From: Amoebophrya sp. A120 | Taxonomy: Eukaryota; Protista; Dinoflagellata | DNA: 64,000 nt | Assembly: GCA_905178155.1 (NCBI GenBank) | Contig: CAJINV010000001.1 | Location: 14,632,142 to 14,696,141 of the forward strand | Direction of reading: 5' to 3' | Position numbers and translations under genes: made by a program | In this document: positions 49,573 to 62,163 of the stretch, one piece after another | Layout: each line of letters starts with the position of its first letter | Numbering within the stretch: position 1 is the first letter of the stretch | The notes under the pieces: model-generated | The model's database searches: none | Told to the model about the DNA's origin: nothing | What the model saw: the letters and a program-made list of their open reading frames with translations, nothing else

Positions 49573-51017
49573 AACTTTTTGAATCTTTCAGCTCCTACCG
49601 CCAATGATCTACTGTGAAGTTGAAGTTGGCTCGAGCTCATATGTTGAGCGCAACGAGGTGAAAATGAAGCTCAATCGTCGGGTTAAAGCCGTGACACAAA
49701 AATCTTCAGCTCGTGTTCAACAAGCTTATCCTCAACGAGAATAGCAATAGGAGCGATAACCCAATAAAACATAAACAAAGGCGAGTAAATTACTCGCGTA
49801 GATCCAGTGGACTGCGTATATTAAGGCGCAGGAGCTACTGTAGCTAAACAAAAAACACAACTGTTGTGCGAATGCGCATATCTCTATCCGCGTCAGAAAA
49901 TACCGCTACCCTCTACGCCCCCAGACAAATAAAATCAAGAAAAAAAAGAACGCAATCGCAAAAAGAAAAAGCCTGCCACCTGGTATAGTACTAAAATGAA
50001 AAACGTGATTCTGATTTACTCAACTTTCCTTCGGCTGCGCCTTCGCATAACCGTCCACGAACCCTGGCACCGAACCACTTGCGCATCATGACGAAGAGCA
50101 CTTCTACATGCGGACGTGCTACGTAAACTTATGGCGTGGTTTCACGAGGAGGAGGACACGAGATTATTATAGAGATCTGATGAAAAGACGACAGTTCGAC
50201 GACAATGTAGTTGAGTTCTGACCACGATGCAGCGTTTCAACCGATTTCTCATCTTTATGTGGTTCATCAGCAAATTCTTCCACTTCATTCCTGCTATCTT
50301 GACTCCAGATCGACGTAGCCACAGGCTGGAGATGGAACGGAAAGATGACACGCAAATAGCATCTAAGTAGACGATTTACGAACTGGGTACTTATTGTGAG
50401 GCGAAGGCGAACCTGTTCTTGAGCTTGACACTGCAGTACCATCAAGGTTTTGTTTGTCTCTTCATCATGGTGGAGGCATGAAAACGAAAATCGTCCTCGA
50501 TCTTATGTTCCATCTGCGACAATACTTATTGCTACGGCAACGAGTCCGGGTATTGGTCACATGCAGTTCTTCACAGCGGTTGTAAATTCAACAGTGGCTG
50601 CGATGACACATTTTTCGCAATAACCTCCTGACTCATCTTCTCCCGAAGCGGCAGACAGACTCTATACAAATAGAATAGATCCCACCGCCCCGGTAAAATT
50701 TGCCTTCGCAGAAGTGTCAACATGACATGAGTAAACTCATCAGTGTTGTGTACTTCTGAAGTCATCAGCAATGTGTGCGTACGGCTACGGCCGTTAAAAA
50801 ACATCATGCCATAATATGATGCATCGTGGTCAAATTTCATTCAAGGTAACTTCAGTCACTAAGAGAGGCAGAGACTGCGAGGATGTTGTATTTGACTCAT
50901 TACTGTGTGAAAAAACTCCCACGATCATACAGGAAATAATACTACATAGGTCGATCTTAGTCCTTGCGTAACATTTTCACATTTCAGGAAGATTTAAGTT
51001 TCCTCAAATCACTATTC

Positions 51018-53514
51018 TCACTTGCTTGTACTTGTTTCTCGAACGGTAGTGGGTATCTGGGGTTGGGAGGTCCGTTCACCGGGTTTTTTCTTTTTCGGCA
51101 CGATGGCGCGTTGTCGCTCCGACGCGTCACTGCGATTTCCCGTGCCTACTCCGCGCGAATCGAAGCTTTCCGTGCCGTCGAACTCGGCGCTATCGACTGC
51201 CGGAAGATTGTTCTCATCTCCAGGCCGGGGACGCGTTGCTACCGCGTTGGTAGTTTCCGTGGCGCGCCGCATGTGCTGCGTCGCCTGCGCGGATAGGTCT
51301 CGCTCGTGCATCATCAATCCCAGCGCCGGCCGCGATTTTGGAGCTTGTCGCGGGGCACGCGGCACCAGCTCGTCCAGCACGTACCGATCTTGGTTTAGCC
51401 GCGAAAAGTCTTTGAGCGTGAGCACCGGTTCCCCTCTGTCGTTGCGCGTTGGCACTTTCTTCGACGATGAAGATGATTTTTTTACTCTTGTTGGACCGCC
51501 GCCTTTATTCGCAGGGGACGCTGTCCGGCTCCGCGGCGAACTTCCATCGTCGTCCCGAGGACCGGGGGCCAGCAATAAAGGCGTGCTCTCGGTTAGGTTT
51601 TCGATTTGATTATTAGGCCCGCCTTCTCTTCGTGCCTCCTGCTGCTCCCCGTCGTAATTCTCTTCCTTTTCCTGCGCACCCTCTACTTCTCCGACGTCGT
51701 AGCCGAAAAATTGCCAGAAATAGTCCATGGCCCCCAGTTCGGCTTCCACGTGGCTCGGATCGAACTTTTTGTCCAAATACTGTCCTTTCTTGTAGATGCA
51801 GCGGTCCGTCCGGGGACGAAACCGATGCTCGCGCTCGTGCTCCTCCACCCAATCGTCGCCGACGTCCTTGTCGTTTACCTTCATGCTGTCGTTCTCTCGG
51901 AGCTCCTCTTTCATGTCCACAAGCCGCTGGTCCGCCTCCGGGTTCTTTCGCCGTTTCGGGGACTCCAAAAACCGGCCCCGGTAAAAAACGACCTGGTCGC
52001 GCCGGACAAGGTCGGGGCGGTCCCTGTGAAGTTTCGACATGATTCGTTTTTGTCTTTTTTTCATATCACCGTTTGTACTGTATACTCACACTTCTCCTCT
52101 GATCATGTACTCGAAAAATTGAATTTGTATTTGAATAAAAACTTAAACAGTGCGCATGGTTATTCTTATTTGTCGTTGCCCCCTCAGCAGCACGCTCGAA
52201 AACCTCTACAGCGAAAATTAAGTACCCAGGGTCCATTCGCATCAATTCCTCCCGGAAGTCTGACGCATCGCGGTCTTCCGCTGCCATCCACCCGATTTCC
52301 TTCAACTGCCTCTTCTTTCTCCTCTGCTCGAGGTTGGGTCTCTCCTCGCCCTGCTCCCAGGCCGCGAACCACTCCCACAGCGGAGTACCGTCGACTGTGG
52401 TGTCCTGCGACACGTGCTCCGCCTCGGCCTTGGCCACCTCCGGGTCCCGCTGCCACAGGTCCCAGAGCGCGTTCAGATAGCCCTCGTCGGCGTTATCGGT
52501 TGACAGGGTTTCGTCCTCTAATTTTCGCCCCTCCGCCTCCTCCGTGTAGTACGCCCATTGCTTCAAGGCCTCCCAACGCTCCGCGACGGTGGCGGCCGCG
52601 TTATCCAGCATGGTCGGCTCGCCCTCCTTTCCGGCCCCGAAATACCGGTAGTAGGCTGCGCGAAACTGCTCGCGGACGTCGTCCTGCTCGGACACCAGCA
52701 GTTTCCACCGCTTGTGCACGAGCACCGACGCTAGGGAAAGCGAAATCGCGAAGGCGTGCTTCACCATGCCGAGGAAGGGCAATTTCAAAGGATTGGTGCA
52801 CATGGACATTATGCCACCACTCGTGAAGATCGTCCAGAAGAGGCAGCTGAAGCATATCGCCGGCACCTGAATCCAATGAATAACGTAGTTGCAATTGGCC
52901 GCACAGCAGTTGATTAGGCTGGAAGCTGCGTTAGCGGCCGCCTCGTCTTCCGTTCGGTTCCAGAAAAACCGTATCATCCAGACCGAGATAAAAATCCACC
53001 CGATGAAGTCCACGAGGATCGCCACGATACCGTAATTCCCTCCCGCTGTCGCGCAGCCTTTGAAAAAGTAGATGATTCCCGGCGTCCACGGGACTCCGTC
53101 GAATATTGTCGCCACTGTGACATTTCCATTCAAGTCGCGGTCAAGGCTCTGCTGGCCAGTGGCTGGGTCCGTTTTCGATTTCCATACATCGTATTCGTCG
53201 ATGATGATCGGTATTCTGGGTGGTAAAAACCACACCAAGCACAGAGTAAGCAGGTTGCATGCCTGCAGCCAGACGATGATGCGCGGAAAACACCTCCTCA
53301 ATTTTCCTCCATACTCCAGTGCCCTCTCCTCCGGACCTGGCTCCACTGCCGGTGGCGCGTTGTGGTCATCGTCCGCTCCGGCGCCTACCGCCGTTGCGTA
53401 AATGGGAGCACCGAGGAGAGACCGTGATCGCTCCGACGCTTGCTGTGCGGAACTGCGGCGGGCCCGGTAGTGCAGCTGCTGCCCAGTAGCATTGTAACTC
53501 CTGGACGAGGACAT
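51018..53514 (-). CDS. ~764-aa membrane protein (about 4 TM helices, long charged C-terminal tail), function unknown
   Basis: Two ORFs joined in frame by GT-AG intron 52024-52225 (MDPG|DRPDL); hydrophobic segments in exon 1. Confidence 0.75.
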
Positions 53515-54749
53515 CGGCCTGCGCGCGCGACAGCGAGCTCCGCCGCTCTGGTACTCGTTCTTGTCGAGTGTTACGCGGCTTCTAATATCCCAAGTTTCAC
53601 CATGTTGCTAGACAATATCGTAAAGAGTACCCTGCTAATATATATATAAACCAACAACTACCGTGAGGACATTAAAGTGAGATAGCCACGATTCTACTCG
53701 TGTTCATGCACGAGTCGTGAAACAAAAATCATCTGAAATAGAAATGTGAAAAAGCACGACAACTAGACCAACCTATTGCAATGTCAAAACTATGCGGGAG
53801 ATCCTGTGCTGCTCGATAAAAACCATTCATTCGCATTGTCATGCTGCTTTAGCTTTTTCGCTTGCATGTTGATCGTTGTTGTCGGAAGAATTTTCATTTT
53901 GATTTACTGCATGCAACTGCGAACCTTCACACTTGCTGTGGTCGAGAAAAAATATTTCAACTTGCTGATGCTTGGCCGATATGCCAAGCCTAAGCTCAAG
54001 CATCGGCAACATCGACATGACTTTCAAGTACCTACTAGTGAAGATAATTCAATTCGTCCGACGCGCTACTCGATGTAGCACCGCAACAAAATGAGTGCGT
54101 CATAGACGATCTAGATCCGGTTCCGGCATAATTGGCATCCAAACTAGAGCAAATCTACCAGATCCGATGCGCTTTTCATCTATGTCAACATTTTCGCCGA
54201 CAAGCACAACCGATGAGGACCTCCAAGATGTATCAATCATTTTGTTCATCCACCGAGACACAAGCGATCACAAGGAGAAACAAACCGAGAAGGATGAGCG
54301 GCCTTAGGCTCGAAGTAGATAAACAATGGACCGAAAACTCAAGGCCGTGTCAGACGAACCTTTCTTTGTTGTTTCGGAACCGAATCAAGGAGTCACTGTG
54401 TGTAGCGCTTCTAGGACCGAGATGGAGCTTTGCTCATCTTCCACGGTAGGTCGAGATCAAGTACAACTCAAAGGTACATACAAAACCACAGTCATTTCTT
54501 ATTCTTTTCTACAACTCCGTGTAATAGTTCCTTCCCTTTGATTTTTCATATTCTTGTTCGTACACAAACACAATCTACAACATTTTTCGGTCATTTTGGT
54601 TCTTGATCGGTGAAACGGGGAGCTTTTTGTGGTTTCCATAGTATGATTATCGGCCTTGATTGGGAACGAATCAAAAGGTAATTTTTCAAAATTGTGAACA
54701 TCATTCAAAATGAAGAGAAACTACTACTTACACCGTCGGAATGGCAGGT

Positions 54750-57113
54750 CTACACCCTAGCTGTTACTATCTGCCCGGGTGCTGAGGAGTCATCGCCGTT
54801 GCGTCTGACATTCTGCAAATTTAAGCCTCCCGTCCTCGCTCGCTCCAGCCGGCGGCCGCGCATGATCTCCGCGATACGCTGCTTCCGGGCTTCGTCCCTT
54901 GCTTTCTTGTCCGAGTCTGTTTCTAGCGAAGGACGGGCATTAGCTACTCTCGCCCCTGTCGACGAAGCATCATGATTTGGATTTGTTCCGCCAGTTGCCG
55001 CCGATGCTGCCCGTGTCGACTCGTCGGGAACAGAAGAAGATGATGCCACGTGGGGTGACATCGGGGTAGAAGTAGATGCTGTGCTTGTACTAGTCAACAC
55101 GGCGGACGACCTTCGCGCGACCATGGGTCGCGAGGATTTTCGCGATGCCCGCCTTGTTGTTCCAGCAATAGCCTTGCTTTTTGTCTCGCCCCGAGCGGCC
55201 GCCAAAACCGTTGTAGTGCTGCCTCCGTGAGTTTCATCGTTATTCTGAGACGAGAACAATAACTGGTGCGGTCGTGGCCCACTCACAGCGGACATGTGCA
55301 GCTCCTGCTCCGCCGGGTTGACGTGAATACCGCTAGTTCGCGTTCCCGGCGAAAGTGGAGTATTTTCATTTTTTTGCTCAACATCAGCATCACGCAGATC
55401 GCGGCCAACTTCGTCCTCCGTCACGGCAGGAGTGTTCGATGCAGTTGCACGAAGCACCGGTCGACTAGAATCATCGCTTCTAGCCGCGAATCTTTGTGTT
55501 GGTTCATTCTGGTCGCCAAAAAAAGTAACGCTCTCGCGACGCAAATGCGCTGGCAAGTAGTTTTCAGCGACGATCTGCTCGTCTTCGTTCAGCTCCTGCG
55601 ACAACATTCCAGTGCGGCTATCCACTGGCTGCCCGTAAAACTTCCCGTTCAAGGATGCCGGCACTGTAGCTGTAGACCCCGCATTTCTATTGGATTGCGG
55701 TGCTGTCGTTGCACTCGGCTGAAACGAGTTTATTTCAGAACCAGCAGATTCTATCCGTCTACTCCGCTGTTGCGGGGTGCTCGGATAGGCAAAGAACGCA
55801 CTCGGTGAGCGGCTGTTGCTACTTTGCGACGTACCACCCAGGCTTGTTGAGCGAGAAATCATAGACTGCGCACCTGTTCCAGTTTTACGGCTGAATGCTG
55901 AAGCTGTAGGCTCTCCAACAGCACTCCCCAGCGTTTTCCGTCGCCCTGCGCCTGCGGCAGCTGCTTTGCTCGCCGCCCATAGCGCGGCCAGTGACTGACT
56001 TTGACCATGAGCAGTGTAATTATCGGCTGTGTAATCCGGAGCTGCACCCGCCTGTTCTGCTTGCTGTGCGTTTGAGATGGGGCCAGTGCCGCTCTCCGAC
56101 ACAACGCCGGCAACCGTCATTCTCCTAGCAGGCGTGCCGGGAGGGGGCCCAACCCTGACCTGGTTCCTGTTGCAGGAGGAACTGTTTCCCGGCGTCGTAC
56201 AGGGAGATCGAGAGCCGCTAGTCACGGATGCACTGCCATGCGACCCTAGGCGGGATCTCAAGCACGGCAAAACGGCTTCCTTGGAGCTAAGTCTGGTGCT
56301 TCTTTGTGCTGGCGTGGTACTTGGCGATAATGATCCTGTGGCAGAAGTGGCCGCACCATGTGAGGCTCGTGCCGGTGCCTCCGATTGCTGTAATTGAGCA
56401 AGCTGTTGCTGTTGCTGTTGCTCCGGATGTCGATCATCAACCATTAGTTCAATCTCCTCTGGAGTCGTCGCGATCTCGCCAGGGCGGCAGCGCGTGTCAG
56501 GCGGAACTTTAGATGACGGGGGTACATAAACGACGACACCAGTGCTCGAGGATGGTGGCATCGATGACGATGAAGATGGGTCTCCTGACGCAGATGCATG
56601 CAGTTGCGAGGCAACTCCGGATTCGACTCCGTCTGCAATAAACTGTCCGCTTCCTCCACTGCTACTGTCAGCGGCAGGCTGGTTCCCGCCGCTGCCGTCC
56701 TGCCTTTGGTCAAGCGTCAGAAAACTGATCAGCGACTCCAGATTTTCTTCCAGGTGTCTGTTCGCCGTCCTGCGCTTTTCCGTCGCGCTCTGTTCGCGTT
56801 TCCGCTGATCGCGAACTTCGTGAAAGCGGGCCGAAAACGACTGAGACTGACGATGGGCACTGTCGAAAGTGTTCCTGCGCCGGATGTCGCTCGTGCGATG
56901 TTGAGTCAGTTCCTCCGTTCCACCACTTTGGCTAGAGGACGGGGGGGCCGCCCAGACAATATCCGAAGAAGTTGGCGAACGGCTCCTGGATCCGACGGTA
57001 AAGCCTAAAGCACATCCAAGACGATGACATGCAAAGAAGACCAAGACCTGCAGAACAGCCGAAATCGCCTGGACGCGGCAGGAGCAGGCACCTCTGTGCA
57101 CTTTGATCGCCAT
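54750..57113 (-). CDS. ~787-aa Ser/Ala/Thr-rich disordered protein with putative signal peptide
   Basis: Single long ORF from ATG 57113; hydrophobic AISAVLQVLVFFAC...ALG near the N-terminus. Confidence 0.7.
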   Translation of the reverse strand: MAIKVHRGACSCRVQAISAVLQVLVFFACHRLGCALGFTVGSRSRSPTSSDIVWAAPPSSSQSGGTEELTQHRTSDIRRRNTFDSAHRQSQSFSARFHEVRDQRKREQSATEKRRTANRHLEENLESLISFLTLDQRQDGSGGNQPAADSSSGGSGQFIADGVESGVASQLHASASGDPSSSSSMPPSSSTGVVVYVPPSSKVPPDTRCRPGEIATTPEEIELMVDDRHPEQQQQQQLAQLQQSEAPARASHGAATSATGSLSPSTTPAQRSTRLSSKEAVLPCLRSRLGSHGSASVTSGSRSPCTTPGNSSSCNRNQVRVGPPPGTPARRMTVAGVVSESGTGPISNAQQAEQAGAAPDYTADNYTAHGQSQSLAALWAASKAAAAGAGRRKTLGSAVGEPTASAFSRKTGTGAQSMISRSTSLGGTSQSSNSRSPSAFFAYPSTPQQRSRRIESAGSEINSFQPSATTAPQSNRNAGSTATVPASLNGKFYGQPVDSRTGMLSQELNEDEQIVAENYLPAHLRRESVTFFGDQNEPTQRFAARSDDSSRPVLRATASNTPAVTEDEVGRDLRDADVEQKNENTPLSPGTRTSGIHVNPAEQELHMSAVSGPRPHQLLFSSQNNDETHGGSTTTVLAAARGETKSKAIAGTTRRASRKSSRPMVARRSSAVLTSTSTASTSTPMSPHVASSSSVPDESTRAASAATGGTNPNHDASSTGARVANARPSLETDSDKKARDEARKQRIAEIMRGRRLERARTGGLNLQNVRRNGDDSSAPGQIVTARV

Positions 57114-58211
57114 TCTTCTCAGTGTGATAAAAGGTGTAAAGGTGCCCAATGCGATTGTTCAGGTGGTGGCTGAAAGAAACGTGCAGAAACGGTGCAACTC
57201 ACAGCTTACGCAGCTGTGACGAGTATACATCATACTTATTCAAAGCTGTGCATTCTTTGAAGAACTTACTATTTCCTAGTCTTTGCATTTTGCGAACGGT
57301 GCCGTCGAGCGAAAGCTAAACGATTGAGGTTCGACAGCAGGAATAGGAAGAAATTGTATGTTGTTTGGATGGTTTGCAAATCGATGCGTAAGCAGAAGAA
57401 CAACAAGAAAAGACGAAAACACAACTCAAAAATGCACCACGCAAAGAGAAAGGAAAAAATCACGAATGGTATCTCCGCGTCGAACACGGAAACTACATCA
57501 AAACACTTCGCGGTGCGAGTGCAAGGACTCAACAACGGAGCCTGATCATGAGACAGCTCTCTAGCTCCAGTGCCAGGATGTTTTGAAGTCAGCTGCTGCT
57601 TCGATTCCTTCGCTTTATTTTGTCGTCTGCTTTCATCGAAATAATTTTCATTCAGATCTTCTTCTTTCATTCACTTCCGTAGAACCCTAACCCGGCAGGT
57701 GACATAAGCTGGCCGCCGCTAATAAATCGTCTCTCCAAGAACAAGAAGTCCTTGGTGTCGTTCATTACTGTTGCATCCGCTTTCGCACTCCTAGTGGGGC
57801 TGGAGAGTTTTCCTTTTCCTCGTCCTGCCGCACATGCAGTAAACGCGCTTTTCTGTCCGAGTTCATTTTTTCAATGGTCCATGATCTGCTTCTACGCTGG
57901 CCGAGATGTACAGCCCGGCGTTCCGAGCTCATTCGCAGAGCACGTCGCCGTCATTGTGCTGTAGAAGTAGACGTACTAGCTAGCACATAACAACCACGAC
58001 GCAGCGCTGCAGCTCCCTGAAGATTGACAACTTCAGAAGTCGCGTAGCGATCATACGATGCGAAGCTCGCGTGTAATCGTCAGCGTTTATCCACCTGGGA
58101 TACATTTGTGGGCCGTCCTGTGCTCTCCACCGTGGCGCCAGCGAGGAATCAGATCCAAGTAAGCTGCAGCTGCCACAAAGCGCCACACGGGAGGATCGGT
58201 TCGTTTTGTCA

Positions 58212-61052
58212 TTATGTTGTCGTCACAGCTCCTTCACCTTCTCCACTTTCCTTTGACCTCCTATTAATCCGCACGACGAACCGGTACAGGTAGATGCAGC
58301 CGAAAAGCGCGGCCGAAAGCAGAACAAATGCGAAAATGAGAAGGTCCACCGAGTAGTTCCCAAACTCGTCGCGCAAGGCGCCGACCGTCGGGCCGCCAAA
58401 AGTCTTCACCAGGCACTCCACGGTCTCGAAACAGCCGAACGCCGTGGCGAGGTGGAGAGTCGTGAGGGGAACTAGCGACTTCAACACCGTCGGCTCGATC
58501 CCGGACACGAGCATCAACGCGAAGATCGGTAACTCCACCGGGTTCCAGGCGAACGCGAACCAAAGGTAGGAAAACGCCATCAAAAACGCACAGAAAATCA
58601 GCAGAGAGAGGGATACGATTTTCAGTTTCCGGGAAAGCGCACCAGCGCGCAGCCGTGATGAAAACGACCCTGCTTTGGTCTCATCCGTGCTTGAAGTTGC
58701 GGTTGATGATGATGTCGCTTCTGTATCGTTTTCTTGGAGTCGCAAAAAGAAAATGCCGACCAGGATGGGAATCGCTACGCCACCGCTCGATTGCAGTCCC
58801 GCCAGGTAACCGGCGTCGAGAAGCGACAAATTGTACTGCGTCGCGAAGAAATCCACGTCCACATGTCCGAACAGTCGGCGGCTCGCCGAGAAAGCGCCGT
58901 GGAAGATCAGCACACACCAGAAGCCGTCGGAACCCGCATAAAACTGTCGCCACCACTCGATTTGGCTCTGTGTATTTTCCGGATTGTTATCGGATGGGCC
59001 AGCACTGTCGGGCGGGTAACTACTGATCATACCGCTTCCAATTTCGAAAACTGCTGGATTAATTTCGGCCGACTCATCGTGCGTTGAGAGAGTTGCTCCA
59101 GCTGCCGTAGTCTGATAAAACTTCTGCTCCTGGTTTGGTCCAGGTGCGGATTGAGATGCGCTGGCTGGTGGTGGCATGCTAATGCCAGTCCCGGCAATTC
59201 GCTCATTTGCACGACCTCCCCGCGCTGTGGACGAAGATGATGAGGACTCCGCTGAATCTGAAATCTGACGACCAGAAACCGGGCCCTCGGGTGGCTTACC
59301 TGCTCCTGATACGGACACTTTGGCGTCTAGTCTATCGGAGCTCGGTCTTCTTGAGTCCGTTTTCGGTCTGCCTCCAGCCGGTTCTGCTGGGTAGAACAAA
59401 ACGGGAACAGTGTGCATATCCTCGCTTTCTCGGCGTTGGAGCTGAAATTTCATAGTGAGTTTCCGTGGTAAAGAGTTTATTTTTATTTCCTGTAGTCGTG
59501 CTGAAACGAAACCTCTCGAGACGGGAATGCACCAGCATACTCAAAAAAATAAAAACTGCGCCGTCGCAAAAACATATAGAAAAATTGTTTAAACTTCCTG
59601 CAGCATGTAAATCAAATTTTCATCTTGCTCTTGCTTGGTTAATAAATATAAATGTAAACCTGCGTATACCGTTCGCGCCACCAAGTTTGTGGGGTGATTG
59701 GAGATCGTTGCGCCAGCGAGAGAGGGTGACGAGGTTGCTGACGCCGCGGAGCCAGCGGAGCAACAAGATTTAGGTGTTAGCAGTGGTCGTTTCAACACGT
59801 CTCGTATCGATCCCGTCGACCGATCGATTCTGTTGCTGGTAGCGTCAGCACTATTCGAGCTTGTCTGCCGCGAAAACGTAAACGACGGCGGAATCGGCGG
59901 GAGCGCGGTCGTCGGTGTTGGCCCCTTGTTGCGACTCATTTCTACATCTTCTCCGCTGCCATCTTCTCTCTTTATTGCGCCCCCGGGGGCTCCTGTCTCT
60001 ACAACTTCTCCACTGCTTCCAGTCGCAGCAAGCCGAAGGGCAGTGGTGCCGACTCCCGCGTCTGCTTCCTGACTCACTTCTCGATAGTACATGAGTTTTG
60101 GCGACAATTGTTGGTGTAAGCTGTGCCTTCCCATGCCGCTCAATCCACCAGCCTCGGCGCCTGCGGGCGCGAACGCGCGGTCCATGCCGAGTTCCTCCTG
60201 GTATCGGTATGCCAACAGGCCGACGACCAGCGAAAATCCGCAAGCAGCCCAGGCGACGAACAGTGCGGCGCAGTACTCGCCGTGAAAATAGTCTGTCACC
60301 GGAACCGCGAGCGACGTCGCCATCGTATTTGACACTGCGTGAACCAGCTCGCTGATTCCCAGCGCGAGGGCGAGACAGCGCCGCCGCGCAGCGGCGTTGC
60401 TCGCGATGGTTTTTCTCTCCAAGGCAGCCGCAGACTCGGGATCTTCCTCGGCATTTTGTTGTGTCGACCAGGAAGTGTCAGCACTTGCCGTTGGTACCTT
60501 GTCTTTGCCGGTTTGTTGGAAAAACGCGTTGGCCAGAATCGCGGAGGACATAAGCGCGATGCAGCCCTCGCCAGATCCACTGACAAACCGCCCGACGAAG
60601 AGCAGCGGAAAGCAATTCCAGAAGGTCGCACAGGCAAAGATGAGCTGCCCAGAGAAGGTGATGCAGAGAAACAGCAGACAAACCGAAGCCGGGCGGTACA
60701 AATTGTCCACCAAAACCCCAGCAAAGAGCGGAATAATCAGGTTCGGACTGGTATACGTGGTCTGCAGGAGGCCCCAGTAGGTACCATCTATCCGCGGGCT
60801 CCATCTTTCGTCGGCAGAAAAGAACGGCTTCAACCCGTCTAGCTGCTGCGAATAGTGAACCCCAACGGGTAGAAAACAGGCTACCGCAATGGATCCCGCC
60901 TTCTCGTATAATGGCCAAAATCTCTCGTATAGGTCCTGGGCGAACTTGCTGCCGGTTCCTCGGGCTTGCTCTTGTGCTTGTCCGGTGCCGGTCGAAGGCG
61001 CCGAGAGCAAAGGCTCTTGTCGGCTGTCAATCGCACTCGTCATACTGAACAT
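58212..61052 (-). CDS. Major facilitator superfamily transporter (MFSD1-like), ~870 aa
   Basis: YTSPNLIIPLFAGVLVD and LLFVGRFVSGSGEG motifs; two TM bundles; probable intron 59442-59669 (ACG|GTATAC...TTTCAG|CTC); EPLL near the N-terminus resembles a dileucine sorting motif. Confidence 0.85.
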
Positions 61053-62163
61053 GCTGATTCATCCATATTACCCTGATGAAGAGTAACTTTCGACTCGTGG
61101 TTCTGGCGGTACTACACACGAAACACACGATGAAACTTACCTAATCAAAACTCTTTCACACTGCCATAAAAAGCCGCTCCCCTGAGACGATTCCCTAGTG
61201 TTTCAGCAAGTATTTCGCTCGTGGTTCCTTTACGTTTACGTGTGTCGTCCATGCCAAACAATAAATCTCGTCGATTGGTTTTGTTCGTGATTGAACTTGG
61301 TCGTCCTTGTAGTTATTTACTAGTTTCTGGATTGCTCCTCTGCACAACTGTAGTTAGACCTTAGGTGTCACTTTATTTCTCTCCTTCGCACTCATCTTCC
61401 GGCCCCGGCCGTGATCCACCTTGTTCATCAGCTGAGCAAATTGAATTTCTCGTAGTAGAAGTTCTACTTGTACTTCCGCGATGAGCCTGCGCAATACTTG
61501 TGATCGTCATTTTTGAGTCAGGGAGTGGCCACGGCCTTCGCAATGGATGTGGAAATGGCTTCTCTTGCAAGAAAAAACTTCTGCTCTCAAACCTCAAAAA
61601 AATCGATCTGGCTCGTCAGTGCTGCCATACATAGCTCTCCAAAAACGCGGCCCGTGATCTTCTGGTGCACCATCGTGACTGAAAACAAACTGAAGTTTCT
61701 CGAGCTGAGAGAAAAAAGGTCTGGCGCCAGTCAAATGTTGTATCAACAGTTGTGCTGGGCCTGTCGTGGCTCCATGGCTTTTTGACAGCTTAGAACGGCG
61801 CAACGTGGTAATGCGCGCCCTCTGCTGGTGTTCCTTATTTTCACATGTAGTTATCACACATCATCGGGTCCTACTGCACATCGCCAGCACGTTGGGGCTC
61901 ACGTTCAAGATGTTGAACGACGACTGGCATAAGGAGGGTCATGAAGGAGGTTCTTTGGCTGTTTGCCATATGCTTTTATCTTCACGTGGGCCACTCTCGA
62001 GGGTAGTACTGGGTCAGGAAAAAAATAAACATGATGTAAAAGGGCTACTTTCCGGGGGTGATACAGCGAAAGGCACGGTTCCATTCATGAGTAAAAACAC
62101 TGCTTCAACATGGTGTCGTCAGCCTGCTCGACGTCTGTCCTACCAAAATCACGAAAAACTTCA

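Noticed and set aside
61373-61970. Small multi-exon gene between the MFS and peptidase genes
   Set aside because: Open segments exist but I could not assemble a consistent splice model or recognise any motif.
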